Positions 50,063 through 60,123 of a stretch of DNA of 64,000 bases are shown here, in pieces. Within the stretch, counting starts at the first letter, position 1. Each line of letters begins with the position of its first letter. The translations under genes were made by a program, and so were the position numbers. The stretch is taken from assembly GCA_963774265.1 (NCBI GenBank), contig CAVZDU010000001.1, positions 512,001 to 576,000 on the forward strand. Direction: 5' to 3'. The notes under the pieces were generated by a model. That model saw only the letters and a list, made by a program, of their open reading frames with translations, did no database searches and was not told the DNA's origin. This DNA is from an uncultured Chloroflexia bacterium (GTDB taxonomy: Bacteria; Chloroflexota; Anaerolineae; CG2-30-64-16).

Positions 50063-50755
50063 ATGATTGAAGCATTCCGCTTGATCTTTGGTGGTGATTC
50101 AGGCCTATTCGAAATCGTGCTGCTTTCGCTGCGGGTATCGGGCATCGCGTTGGCGCTCAGCACGCTGATCGGTATTCCATTAGGCGCCGTGTTAGGGCTG
50201 GGACGTTTTGGGGGTCGCCGCGCGCTCGTTGCGCTCATGTACACCGGCATGGGCTTTCCGCCGGTGGTTGTGGGCCTTTTTGTCTATTTGCTGCTTTCGC
50301 GCAGCGGTCCGTTGGGTCAACTCAATTCGTCTCTTATCCCGGACCTGTTTACGCCCGGCGCAATGGTCATCGCACAGTGCATAATCGCATTTCCCTTGGT
50401 CGCCGGGTTTACAATGGCCGCGGTCATGGGCGTCGACGCGGGTTTGCGCCAGCAAGTGCGGTCGCTCGGCGCTACAGATTGGCAGACGACGCTTACCGTG
50501 CTCCTCGAAGCGCGCGTCGGCGTAATTGTCTCGATCATCGCCGGTTTCGGGGGAATCATTTCCGAAGTCGGCGCGGTCATGCTCGTGGGCGGCAACATCG
50601 AAGGACGCACTCGCGTCCTGACAACGGCCATCGTGCTTGAAACGCGCCAGGGCAACTTCGACCTGGCGCTTGCGCTTGGCGCCATCCTGCTTGCGATCAC
50701 GTTTGTGGTCAATGTGGTCATGCTACGCCTGCAGGGAAAGGCTTTCAGCGAATGA
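50063..50755 (+). CDS. tupB: Tungstate ABC transporter permease
   Basis: PPVVVGL..YLLLSRSGPLG and ISEVGAVM.VGGNI...TRVLTTAI motifs. Confidence 0.88.
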   Translation: MIEAFRLIFGGDSGLFEIVLLSLRVSGIALALSTLIGIPLGAVLGLGRFGGRRALVALMYTGMGFPPVVVGLFVYLLLSRSGPLGQLNSSLIPDLFTPGAMVIAQCIIAFPLVAGFTMAAVMGVDAGLRQQVRSLGATDWQTTLTVLLEARVGVIVSIIAGFGGIISEVGAVMLVGGNIEGRTRVLTTAIVLETRQGNFDLALALGAILLAITFVVNVVMLRLQGKAFSE

Positions 50756-51493
50756 ATCTCGATATGAACCCCTCTTACTATGTTCAAAATTTGACCAAGG
50801 TCTACCATGATCGACAGGTGCTGGGGATTGACCGGCTGGACATTCGCCCGGGGGAAATCCTGGCCATCGTGGGCCCAAGTGGTTCGGGGAAAAGCACTCT
50901 GTTGCGGCTCCTTAATTTTTTGGAGCCTCCCACTGCTGGGCGCATCGACTACCGGGGCGAGCAGTTTGAAGCTACCGGGAGTGTTTCACTGGATGTTCGT
51001 CGCAGCGTGACGACGGTGGCGCAGCGGCCGGTCCTTTTGAATCGCTCGGTCAAGGCGAACGTGGAGTTTGGCTTGCGCCTGCGGGGTCGGCGAGATAGTG
51101 TCGGAGAGGTGCGCGCGGCTCTGGAAAAGGTGGGTCTGGCTGCGTTGGAAGGGCAGCCGGCCCGCACCCTTTCAGGAGGCGAGGCGCAACGCGTGGCATT
51201 GGCTCGCGCAATGGTCATCCGGCCCGATGTCCTGCTGCTCGATGAGCCGACCGCCAACCTCGATCCATACAATGTTGGGGTCATTGAAGATGCGGTGCGT
51301 CGACTAAACGAAGAACAAGGCACCACAGTGATCTTGGTGACGCACAATGTTTTCCAGGCGCGCACGTCTCGCACACCGCGTCGCCCTGATCCTCGACGGC
51401 AAAATCGTGGAGGTCGAGAACACGGAGGTCTTCTTCGAGCACCCGAAGGATCCACGAACTACAGCGTTTGTCCGCGGTGAAATGGTTTACTAG
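50752..51493 (+). CDS. tupC: Tungstate ABC transporter ATPase (frameshift near 51363)
   Basis: GPSGSGKS, LSGGE, LDEPTANLDP and VTHN; the shifted frame continues RLAHRVAL...AFVRGEMVY to TAG 51493. Confidence 0.82.
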
Positions 51494-51552
51494 CGTGAGC
51501 CGGAGCGCGCAGGTGCGGCTTCAGTTGTTCCGGGTTGCTGTCAGCCGTTCCT

Positions 51553-52554
51553 TTATTTCCGGGTCTTCTGTTCGACTTGCTTCGTCCGCTCGCGTGGCTT
51601 GCCCAGGCCCCCAAAGAACAGGTCGCGAAACGTTGAACCGGCAGTGGGGACTTGCGGCTGCGGCCCTTCGGCGTCCCAGTTTCCGGTCAGGCTTGCAGCA
51701 AGCCAGCTATGCCCCGCGGCCAGGCCTCGATCGACGTCCACCGTGAGATCTGCGGCCTCGCCGGCCAGCAATTGCTCCCGATACGCTGACAACTCCCCAA
51801 TCACCGCATCCAGCCAGTGCACCACATGCTCGCGATTTGCCAGTGGGCCCGCGAGTGCGGCTTTCCCCGATTCCGCCAATATGAGCGTGCTCGCATAGTA
51901 CTGATTACCGGCGAGCTTTCGCATATCCTTCCACCCGGCGCTGCGCGAGGTGACCGACATGAGCGCAGTGGCGAGGAGCGAAGGCAGATGCTCCACAGCG
52001 GCAGCCAGGCCGTCGTGCTCCTGTGCGTCCATGAAGAAGGGCTTGGCGCCCATCGCTTCAACGACATCCGCAGCCAGGCGAACTGCGGAGCCGTCGGTGC
52101 GGTTGTCGGGCGTCAGGCAGAATAGCTTGTTTTCGAAAAGATCGGGACGCGCACCTTCCACATCCAGGCGATCCGACAGGACGATGGGATGGCCGCCGAC
52201 GAAATGGACTTCAGGGGGCAACAATTCGGCGGCCCATTGCATCACCGGCTCTTTTACGTCTGCGGTGTCGATAATGACACAACCTGGTCGCAGGTCTTGC
52301 TTGATTGCATCCAGCGTGTCCCGAATTTCCTCAAGCGGCAATGCCAGGATGACCCGATCCGCGTTCATCACAGTGCTGATCAGATTCCACTCGGTGCGGT
52401 CTACGGCGCCGAGCTTCTTGGCCGTGCTCGCCACCTCAGGTCTGCGGTCATGGCCGACCACGGTCACCTTTTCCTGGAACTTATGCAGCGCCAATCCGGC
52501 GGATGCACCGACAAGGCCGAGGCCCACAATTGCGACTTGTAGTTTGTCAGGCAT
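51553..52554 (-). CDS. tyrA: Prephenate/arogenate dehydrogenase family
   Basis: IVGLGLVG, D...VK, FVGGHP and EHD...A...HLP motifs. Confidence 0.8.
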   Translation of the reverse strand: MPDKLQVAIVGLGLVGASAGLALHKFQEKVTVVGHDRRPEVASTAKKLGAVDRTEWNLISTVMNADRVILALPLEEIRDTLDAIKQDLRPGCVIIDTADVKEPVMQWAAELLPPEVHFVGGHPIVLSDRLDVEGARPDLFENKLFCLTPDNRTDGSAVRLAADVVEAMGAKPFFMDAQEHDGLAAAVEHLPSLLATALMSVTSRSAGWKDMRKLAGNQYYASTLILAESGKAALAGPLANREHVVHWLDAVIGELSAYREQLLAGEAADLTVDVDRGLAAGHSWLAASLTGNWDAEGPQPQVPTAGSTFRDLFFGGLGKPRERTKQVEQKTRK

Positions 52555-52566
52555 GGTGTGCTCTTT

Positions 52567-53127
52567 CTAATTATCGTCATCTGCGGCCTGTAAGGCTGCC
52601 AGGAGAGTCTGGGCCGGGGTGTGCGATGGGGAGGTTGCCAGGACTTCTTGGTGCCGGCGGATAAGGTCGACGGCTTGCGGTGAACAACCGGCTGCTGCGG
52701 CAAGCGCGGCGCTGCCGGCGGGATGGTTGGCATGAGCCCAGAGTGGATAACGCAGATCTGTGCGCAGTGGCTCGGCCAGAACCTTTAGATGTTGCCACGT
52801 GCGGCGTGCAAATGCCTTAATCAGGACGACGACTACACGATGGAATAGCGTCACTCCTCCTCGGTATTTGGCCGCATCGTGAAGGAGGGCTGCTTGTGCC
52901 AGTTCAGGCTGTTCATACCCCGCCGACTTGAGTGAGCGCCACACGTTCAGCGCATGTTTCTGCTCGGCACGTGGCATTTTTGCAAAAAGCTGCCAACCCG
53001 CTTGGGGCAGCAAGCGCCGTGCCTGCTCAAGCTCCTCCTGATTGGGTCCGCGCCAGGCTGCCAGGAGCGCTCGGCCGAACTGCTGAACGCGATACGCCGC
53101 GCGGCGCGACAGAGCGGCACTCATCAA
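52567..53127 (-). CDS. HD-domain protein
   Basis: H...ALLHD.AK...HP...IRRHQ...ADD pattern. Confidence 0.75.
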   Translation of the reverse strand: MMSAALSRRAAYRVQQFGRALLAAWRGPNQEELEQARRLLPQAGWQLFAKMPRAEQKHALNVWRSLKSAGYEQPELAQAALLHDAAKYRGGVTLFHRVVVVLIKAFARRTWQHLKVLAEPLRTDLRYPLWAHANHPAGSAALAAAAGCSPQAVDLIRRHQEVLATSPSHTPAQTLLAALQAADDDN

Positions 53128-53754
53128 ATGCCCAGCAGAAATCTGGACACGTTGGTGACCCCTTGTCCCAGGTAGCGGCCGAGAATATTAAGCTGCGGCG
53201 ACACCCAACTCAACAGAAACAAGCCCATCAAGATGAGGGGACCATATGCCTGCAACGGCCGCAGCACGCGCGCGGCGCTCTCTCCAACGATCCCGCTCAA
53301 TACACTATTCCCGTCCAACGGAGCGAGCGGAATGAGGTTGAAGAGAAACGAGCGCGACGTTCACGCCGACAAAAATGATTGCGAAACGGGCTACTTCCGG
53401 CGAAGCGCCCTCGAACACGCCCAGCCGCCAGGGAATGGCGATTAGCGCGGCCATGAGCAGGTTGCTGAGCGGACCTGCCGCCGAGACAATTGCATGGCCG
53501 ACCCGCGGCCCATAGCGCAGATGGTAGGGATTGACGGGCACGGGCTTCGCCCAACCGATGACACTGACCAGCAGCAGCAACGAGCCAAGGGGGTCGAGAT
53601 GTTTGAGCGGGTTAAGCGTCAACCGGCCCTGATTCTTCGCGGTGTTGTCACCAAGTCGATACGCCACCCAGGCATGCGCCAGCTCATGAATAGGAAACCC
53701 CACCAGCAGAATCACAATCTTCGCCAGGAGGGTCGGGAGATCGAGATCGTACAA
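53124..53754 (-). CDS. Site-2 protease, peptidase M50 (frameshift near 53349)
   Basis: IHELAH, LNPLKHLD and AAGP.SN; the shifted frame gives FNLIP.APLDG. Confidence 0.88.
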
Positions 53755-53879
53755 AGGAAACTCCAGCTATCTTTCTTGCAGCCAGTATAGCACACCGCAC
53801 GTCCGTTCCCAAGGCATCTCTCTTCCGTTTTATCGCGTTTATCGCGCTCGCAATGCCTGTGCTATTATGCCGGTCTCAC

Positions 53880-56165
53880 ATGGCGCGCGACATCCTCGAT
53901 CTTGCAACGGCTGCGTGGCAGATGGGTCAGGTCCGCCGCCAGCCATTCACACCTCAGCCCATCGACGACCGTTCAGCGGTTGCCGGGTGGCTGCCCGCAC
54001 GCGTCCCAGGCGATGTTCGCGCTGATCTCCTGGCGGCTGGCCGCGTTTCCTCCCTGGATACACCGGGCGGCATCGAGCAGAGTGCATGGGTCGACGACCA
54101 CGATTGGTGGTATCGCACCGGGCTGGAAGCGGTCGATGGCAACACGTCGGTTGTTTTGGAGGCAGACGGCGTCGACTATTACAGCAGCGTCTGGCTCGAC
54201 GGCTACTGCCTTGCGCGGCACGCCGGCATGTTTGCCCGGCAATCGATCGTCCTCTCGCCATATCTCAACGCAGCCGGCCCACACGAGCTGGCGATTCGTG
54301 TGTGGGGCGGCGGGGCGCTGCCGCGCCTGCCAAATTCCACGTCGCGTCGCACGATGCGCACTTTGCTGGGCCGGTTAGGTCTGGCGACCGAGTATTTTCC
54401 AGACCGGATGGCGACTCCAAAGGCGCAGTTCAGCTTCGGTTGGGACTTCGCGCCACGCGTCTTGAGCACAGGGATCTGGGATGATATTCGACTGGTGCGC
54501 TGCCGGGGCGCCTATCTGGCGGACGCTTGGGCCTGGGCCGAGCCGCTATCCGGATTTGACGATCCGACGCCGGTGCGATGGCACATTCGTGTCAGGGTGC
54601 AGCGGTTGCATGAGGCCGCCCTGCGGCTGGACCTGATGATCTGTGATGCCGGGGGCGAGGCCGTTGAGGTGTCGGCCGGCCCCTATGCCCTGGCCGATGA
54701 GGTGGAGCAGTCGTTCACCGTTGATGCGCCGGCCGCGCGGCGCTGGTGGCCCTGGGATCAGGGCCATCCTCATCTTTACCGGGTTATCGTTCGCATCAGC
54801 GACGAGTCCGGCCCGGTTGATGAGATTGGGGTCACGGCTGGTGTTCGTACTGTGGAGCGCGGCCGGCTGGCGAACGGCCAGCCGTGGCGTTTCATCCTCA
54901 ATGGTCGTCCCATGTTTCTGCGCGGCGCCAACTGGGTTCCCACAGACATCTTGCCCGGCCGAGCCGGCCCGCACGACTACGCGCGTATGATCGGCCTCGC
55001 AAGGGATGCGGGCGTCAACTTCCTGCGCATCTGGGGCGGCGGCATCCGTGAGAAGGCCGCGTTCTGGGAACAATGTGACCGCCAGGGCATCATGGCCATG
55101 CAGGAGTTCCCCCTCGCCTGTTCGTTTCTTGATCACTATGGACGTGACGCCCAATACCTGGAGGTGCTCGCGTCCGAAGCTCAGGGGATCGTGCGCGCGC
55201 TGCGCGGGCGCCCTGCCTTGATCGCCTGGTGTGGTGGCAATGAAATCAGTCCGCAACGCGAACGGGTCCCGCTGCGTATTATTGAGCAGGTGCTTGTGGC
55301 TGAGGATGGCACGCGGCCGTGGATTCCTGCCTCTCCCTCCCAGGGCGACGTGCATCAGTGGGATGTCTGGCATGGCTTGGCGCCGTGGCAATCGCTTGAC
55401 CAGGTCAGGGCGCCGTTCATGAGCGAGTTTGGCCTGCAGGCGTTGCCGGATGTCAGCACCATTGCGACCTTCTTCGGCGCCGCCGCGCCACAGTCGCTGG
55501 ACGATGTGCGTTGGGTCGAGCGCAAGCTCCAGGCCGGCAAGATCCGCCATTACAGCGGGCCGATGGATGAGGCCGATTTGGTGGCCACAATTGGGGCCAC
55601 GCAACGTGCCCAGGCAGCAGGGCTGCAAAGGGGGATAGAGGCGTGTCGTCTGAGAAGGGAAGGCTCAGGGCACGCACATCCGTGCGGCGGTGTCGCGTTT
55701 TGGCAGTTCAATGAGCCGTGGCCGGCGGTGACGTGGGCGGTGGTTGATCGATGCGGGCAGCCCAAGGCTGCATATGCGATGCTGTGTCGCTCCTACCAGC
55801 CGCTGCTGATTGCCGCCAGGTTCGAGTGGCGCAACTGGCGCTCCGGAGACACATTCAACGCGAAGATCTGGTGGGTCAATGATGGGCCGGATCACTTTAC
55901 GGGGTGTGCTGTGAAGGCGGTCCTGGATGAAGAGTTGGTCTTGTCTGCGGACGGTCTGGTGATCCAGCCCGCTTCTGCGCAACGAGCCGGCGCTTTTGCC
56001 GTCACCCTGGCCGCTCGACCGTCGCAGCTGGAATTGACCTTGCTCTGCGACACTCGTGTCATCGCCGTTAACAGCTACGATCTCCGTGCCTATTTGCCGC
56101 CCAGGCAGCCCACGCGAGTATGGTTCATGCGTCGGGCCGCAGACCTGATGTTGCGAATCGGTTGA
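53880..56165 (+). CDS. Glycoside hydrolase family 2, beta-mannosidase-like
   Basis: FGWDF, RGANW, RIWGGG, WCGGNE, SEFG and WQFNE motifs. Confidence 0.9.
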   Translation: MARDILDLATAAWQMGQVRRQPFTPQPIDDRSAVAGWLPARVPGDVRADLLAAGRVSSLDTPGGIEQSAWVDDHDWWYRTGLEAVDGNTSVVLEADGVDYYSSVWLDGYCLARHAGMFARQSIVLSPYLNAAGPHELAIRVWGGGALPRLPNSTSRRTMRTLLGRLGLATEYFPDRMATPKAQFSFGWDFAPRVLSTGIWDDIRLVRCRGAYLADAWAWAEPLSGFDDPTPVRWHIRVRVQRLHEAALRLDLMICDAGGEAVEVSAGPYALADEVEQSFTVDAPAARRWWPWDQGHPHLYRVIVRISDESGPVDEIGVTAGVRTVERGRLANGQPWRFILNGRPMFLRGANWVPTDILPGRAGPHDYARMIGLARDAGVNFLRIWGGGIREKAAFWEQCDRQGIMAMQEFPLACSFLDHYGRDAQYLEVLASEAQGIVRALRGRPALIAWCGGNEISPQRERVPLRIIEQVLVAEDGTRPWIPASPSQGDVHQWDVWHGLAPWQSLDQVRAPFMSEFGLQALPDVSTIATFFGAAAPQSLDDVRWVERKLQAGKIRHYSGPMDEADLVATIGATQRAQAAGLQRGIEACRLRREGSGHAHPCGGVAFWQFNEPWPAVTWAVVDRCGQPKAAYAMLCRSYQPLLIAARFEWRNWRSGDTFNAKIWWVNDGPDHFTGCAVKAVLDEELVLSADGLVIQPASAQRAGAFAVTLAARPSQLELTLLCDTRVIAVNSYDLRAYLPPRQPTRVWFMRRAADLMLRIG

Positions 56166-56204
56166 CATATCGTTCTCGATCGACTATTCTCTCCGAGAAA
56201 TCGT

Positions 56205-57162
56205 ATGCGAATTGTCGTCAATGGTTGGTTTTGGAATCAAATGGCTACGGGAAGCGGGCAGTATCTGACCGCGCTCACAGAGACGTTGCCAGCGCGCCGG
56301 GCGCTCGCATGAGTTCATCCTGGTTTGCTCCCAAACTAACAAGGGCGCAGAGCGATTGCCGGAGGGTTGGCAGGTGGCGCATCTGGCGACGCCGTTCGAC
56401 CGGATAGGCAAGAATCTGGCAAAGCTCTGGTTCGAGCAGGTGACGTTTCCGCGAACATGTGTTCGTAGCGGGGCAGATGTGGCGTTCGTGCCCTATTGGG
56501 GTTCGCCCTGGTGGCGACCGTGCCCGGTTGTCGTGACGGTGCATGACTTGATTCCTTTGTTGCTCCCCCTCTATCAGGGTGGGGCTGCCCAGCGGGCCTA
56601 TACGCAGTTGGTGTCCCGAACCGCGCGGCGCGCATCGGCCGTGCTGACCGACTCCGAGGCGAGTCGTCAGGACATCATTCGTCATTTGCGCATTCCCGCA
56701 GAGCAAGTTCATGCGGTGCACCTGGCGGTAGCGCCGTCCAGCACCGGCCCGCTCACGCCCGAGCATCTCGCGGCCGTACGAGTTCGGTATGGCCTGCCTG
56801 AAGGCCCCATTCTGTTATACTTAGGCGGCTTTGACGTGCGCAAGAATCTTTTGCGGACGCTTGAAGGCTACGGCCGTCTTGCTGCCAGGTGCGCAGCCGA
56901 AGGAACGACCTTTCCCACGCTCGTGATCGCGGGTAAGTTGCCGGCGGTCGATTCGGCCATTGCGCCGGATCCCAGGCCGATGGTTGAACGGTTTGGCTTG
57001 GCGAACCGTGTCCATTTTGCAGGTTGGGTGGAGGAAGCGGACAAGCCTGCCCTGTACGCCCTTGCAGAAGGGTTCCTGTTTCTCAGCGAGTATGAGGGGT
57101 TTGGCCTGCCGGTGCTCGAAGCCATGGCGGGCGACTCCACGATCACGAAAGCGCTGGAGTAA
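56205..57162 (+). pseudogene. GT4 (group 1) glycosyltransferase, frameshifted near 56295 and C-terminally truncated
   Basis: MRIVVNGWF..TGSGQY start; VVTVHDLIP, RKN and EGFGLPVLEAMA, then GDSTITKALE* instead of the usual tail. Promoter TTGACA-17-TATTCT at 56162-56190. Confidence 0.7.
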
Positions 57163-57165
57163 CTC

Positions 57166-58554
57166 GTGCCTGATAATGCAAAATTGTCCCGCGCCGCACA
57201 CAACATCCTGGTCCATTCTTTTGGCCTGAGGCGAGACCAGAACTTGTTAATTTTCGCTGACATCACATCGCTGGATGTGATTGAGGTTGTGGCGCGGGTC
57301 GCGCGCGATCTCCACGTCACTACGACTGCTCTATTCGTGCCGCGGGTGCTGCAGCTCGATATGGGTCCGTTTGAGAGCCTGCCCCTGCCTACGGAGGCGG
57401 CGGTGCGTGAAGCGGATGCGATCCTGAGCTGTTTGTCCGATCATCCTGAGCACTTGCACTACCGGATGCGCGTGCTTCACGCCAGTTGGGGTCGTCGGGC
57501 GAAGCTGGCTCATGCCCCAGGCATGAGCGTCGAGATGCTCAGAACGCTGGACACTGACTACGCTGCTATCAGCGAGCAAGCCCAAATCCTCAGCCTTGCC
57601 CTTATCCTGGGCAAGCGCGTCGAAATCGTGACTACCGACAGCAGCCGTCGCGAGCACCGGCTCAGTGTGCGGGTGGGCGGTTGGGCTTATCCGCCGGGGA
57701 TCAATGACGGAATGATCCGTGAAGGCTCGTGGAGCACGCTTCCGCCAGGGGAAGTCAATTTCGTGCCCCGTGATGGGGATGGCCGCATCGTGGTCAACGG
57801 CTCAGTTCCTGGCAAGGTGCTCGGGCCGGGTGAGGAGCTATTGCTGACGTTTCGCGAGGGTCGGGTGGTGACGATCGAGCCGGAGGATAGCCCGGTCGCG
57901 CGTTACTTATACGAGTCGCAATTCATCTATGCAGAGCGTCGGGGCGACACAAACTGGTCGAACCTGGCTGAGGTTGGCTTCGGTCTGAATCCGGCGGTGC
58001 AAGACTTGACGGGGTTGGGCGTGGTGGATGAGAAAAAGGCCCACACGATCCACATCGCGCTCGGTAACAGCGCCGGCCTCGGCGGCGATGTCGAGTCGGT
58101 GATTCATTGCGACATGGTCGTCAAGAAGCCTACGGTTTATGTCAACGGCCGGCTGATCATGAAACGCGGCGACTGGCGGATCAATGAAGGCGACTGGCGG
58201 CTTGACCATCGCAGCGTCACTGTGCCGGTCGGGTGGTGGGAGAGCGTGAGTCAGGTGGGGCGTAGCGCTGCACGTACTGAGCGTGAGGGAGGCCGGTTGA
58301 CGTGTGTGTGGAACGCGGGCCGCGGCCGTTGGGACAGTGCACCGATCGGAGTGGAGCAAACGGCGCGTCTCGCGGCTCGCCTTTATGACCTGCTGCCTGA
58401 GAATGGCAGTCCTGTTAGTAGAGACCATATGATTTCCATCGCTGAGCAGGCGGGCATCCCTGCGATGGTGCTGCCGCGCCTGTGTTGGGTAATGGCTCAG
58501 TTCGATCTGGTTCGCATGGCGACTGCCCGCGAGCCATCGCTGCTGGCAACATAA
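57166..58554 (+). CDS. M29/aminopeptidase T-like metalloenzyme with ~110-aa C-terminal extension
   Basis: LPPGEV, LAEVGFG.NP, DEK..T.HIALG and S.IHCD metal-ligand motifs. Confidence 0.78.
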   Translation: MPDNAKLSRAAHNILVHSFGLRRDQNLLIFADITSLDVIEVVARVARDLHVTTTALFVPRVLQLDMGPFESLPLPTEAAVREADAILSCLSDHPEHLHYRMRVLHASWGRRAKLAHAPGMSVEMLRTLDTDYAAISEQAQILSLALILGKRVEIVTTDSSRREHRLSVRVGGWAYPPGINDGMIREGSWSTLPPGEVNFVPRDGDGRIVVNGSVPGKVLGPGEELLLTFREGRVVTIEPEDSPVARYLYESQFIYAERRGDTNWSNLAEVGFGLNPAVQDLTGLGVVDEKKAHTIHIALGNSAGLGGDVESVIHCDMVVKKPTVYVNGRLIMKRGDWRINEGDWRLDHRSVTVPVGWWESVSQVGRSAARTEREGGRLTCVWNAGRGRWDSAPIGVEQTARLAARLYDLLPENGSPVSRDHMISIAEQAGIPAMVLPRLCWVMAQFDLVRMATAREPSLLAT

Positions 58555-58581
58555 AAGACCGATGGGATTGAGGGGAGCGCT

Positions 58582-60120
58582 ATGAACGCGGTCAAAACCC
58601 CGTGGCGTCAGGCGATGCCGGAATTCCTGCAGTTGCTCGATGGGACCCTTGGGCACACGGTCCGGCTGCACGAAGAAGTGCTGGGCTATGACCTCTACTT
58701 TGTAGACCTGTCGGATTGGAAGCTGCGCTTCTCCGACCGCACACCCGTGATCTGGGTCAAGGAATCGGACCTGGCGGCGATGCACCGCGCGCGATCTGGC
58801 CCAGAGGCTGACTGACCTGGTGCGTGCACAGTCGCTGGTGGAGCGAAACCCGATTCTCGTGGTGCAGGGACCAGGGGGAGAGCTGAAGCAGCAGCTCAAG
58901 CCTCTTCTCAGCCGCTGTTGGTGCTCGACGAGGGGGACGTAAGTGCCGTGCGCGAGTCGCGACGGCCCTCGGGCGAGTTGCTCGATCGTCTGGCGCCGCA
59001 GCTCGACCTGTCACTGCTGACCCCCTATGAGACCAGCAAGCCGGTTACCGGCTCGCGATTCTTCGGCCGCGAATTCGAGGTGCGCCGGATCCTGCAAACC
59101 GGTGACAGCAACTTCGCGATCATGGGGATTCGGCGCATCGGCAAGACGTCGCTGATGCGCGAGATCGAGCGGCAGCTTAAGGAACAGGCACAAGATGCGG
59201 AAAGCGACGAATCCTTGGAGCGCATCATCTTCATGGATTGCAGCGCGATCTCGTCCCCGAATAGCTTTATCCAGGAGGTCGTGCGCAAGCTGCGGCCGCA
59301 AGAACTGACCCGCCTCTCGTCCAAGCAGTACCCCATTTTCTTCCCTGACTTCTTGGAACGAATGTCGCAGCGCTATGGGGGTCCGATTGTCTTTTTCCTC
59401 GATGAGTTCGACAAGGTGCTCACCTGGCACTATGAGGATGACTCCCTGCTAAATGCGTTGCGCGCTTCCAGCAACCAGGGTTACTCGCGTTACATCGTCG
59501 GCGGTTTTCGCGATGTCATGCGTGCGTTCAGTGATCTGGATTCGCCTCTTTACAACTTTGCCAGGCCGATCCGGCTCAAGGAATTCAGCCGTGAGCAGGC
59601 TGCAGCGATGATCCTCGGTCCCCTGGAGAGGCTGGGGGTGCAATTCGAGCGCCGGAACGATGTGGTCAATCGCATTTTCGACGAGACTGCGGGCCAACCG
59701 AACCTTATCCAGTTCTACTGCAGCATCCTGGTCGAACGGCTGGACCGTGAGGCCAGCCGGTCCGTCTCGCCCGAGAGCCTGTTCGACGTGTACGGCAATG
59801 ATGATTTCCGTGCATTTGTGCTAAGCACGTTCATGGATAACACGACGCATCTGGAAAAGGCCATCGTGTTCGCCGTGATGGCGGACCTGGGTGCAGAGCA
59901 TCCTTTCGGCGTCCAGCAGATCGACGGCGCCTTGGAGCGTCGCGGCGTGGAGATCCCGCTTTCGGATCTGGATTTGGCTTGCCGTAACCTGGAGCTGGCA
60001 GGTACGTTTACTTCGCGCGGTCCATTGTTCCGTTTCGCCACGCCTGTCTTCCCGAGAATGCTGAGCGAGAATTACGACGTGGACTACCTGTTCCGCAAAG
60101 TGTTACAGGAAGGCATCTAG
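58582..60120 (+). CDS. STAND-like P-loop ATPase with N-terminal domain (two compensating frameshifts near 58790 and 58905)
   Basis: PY..PV..FFGR, GIRRIGKTS, FFLDEFD and T.GQPNLIQ motifs; the middle frame reads DLAQRLTDLVRAQSLVERNPILVV. Confidence 0.8.
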
Positions 60121-60123
60121 CTC

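Noticed and set aside
58813-58815. In-frame TGA between ORFs 58582-58815 and 58918-60120 as a third selenocysteine
   Set aside because: Read-through gives implausible sequence with no redox motif, while the shifted frame gives protein-like sequence. Two compensating indels explain it better.
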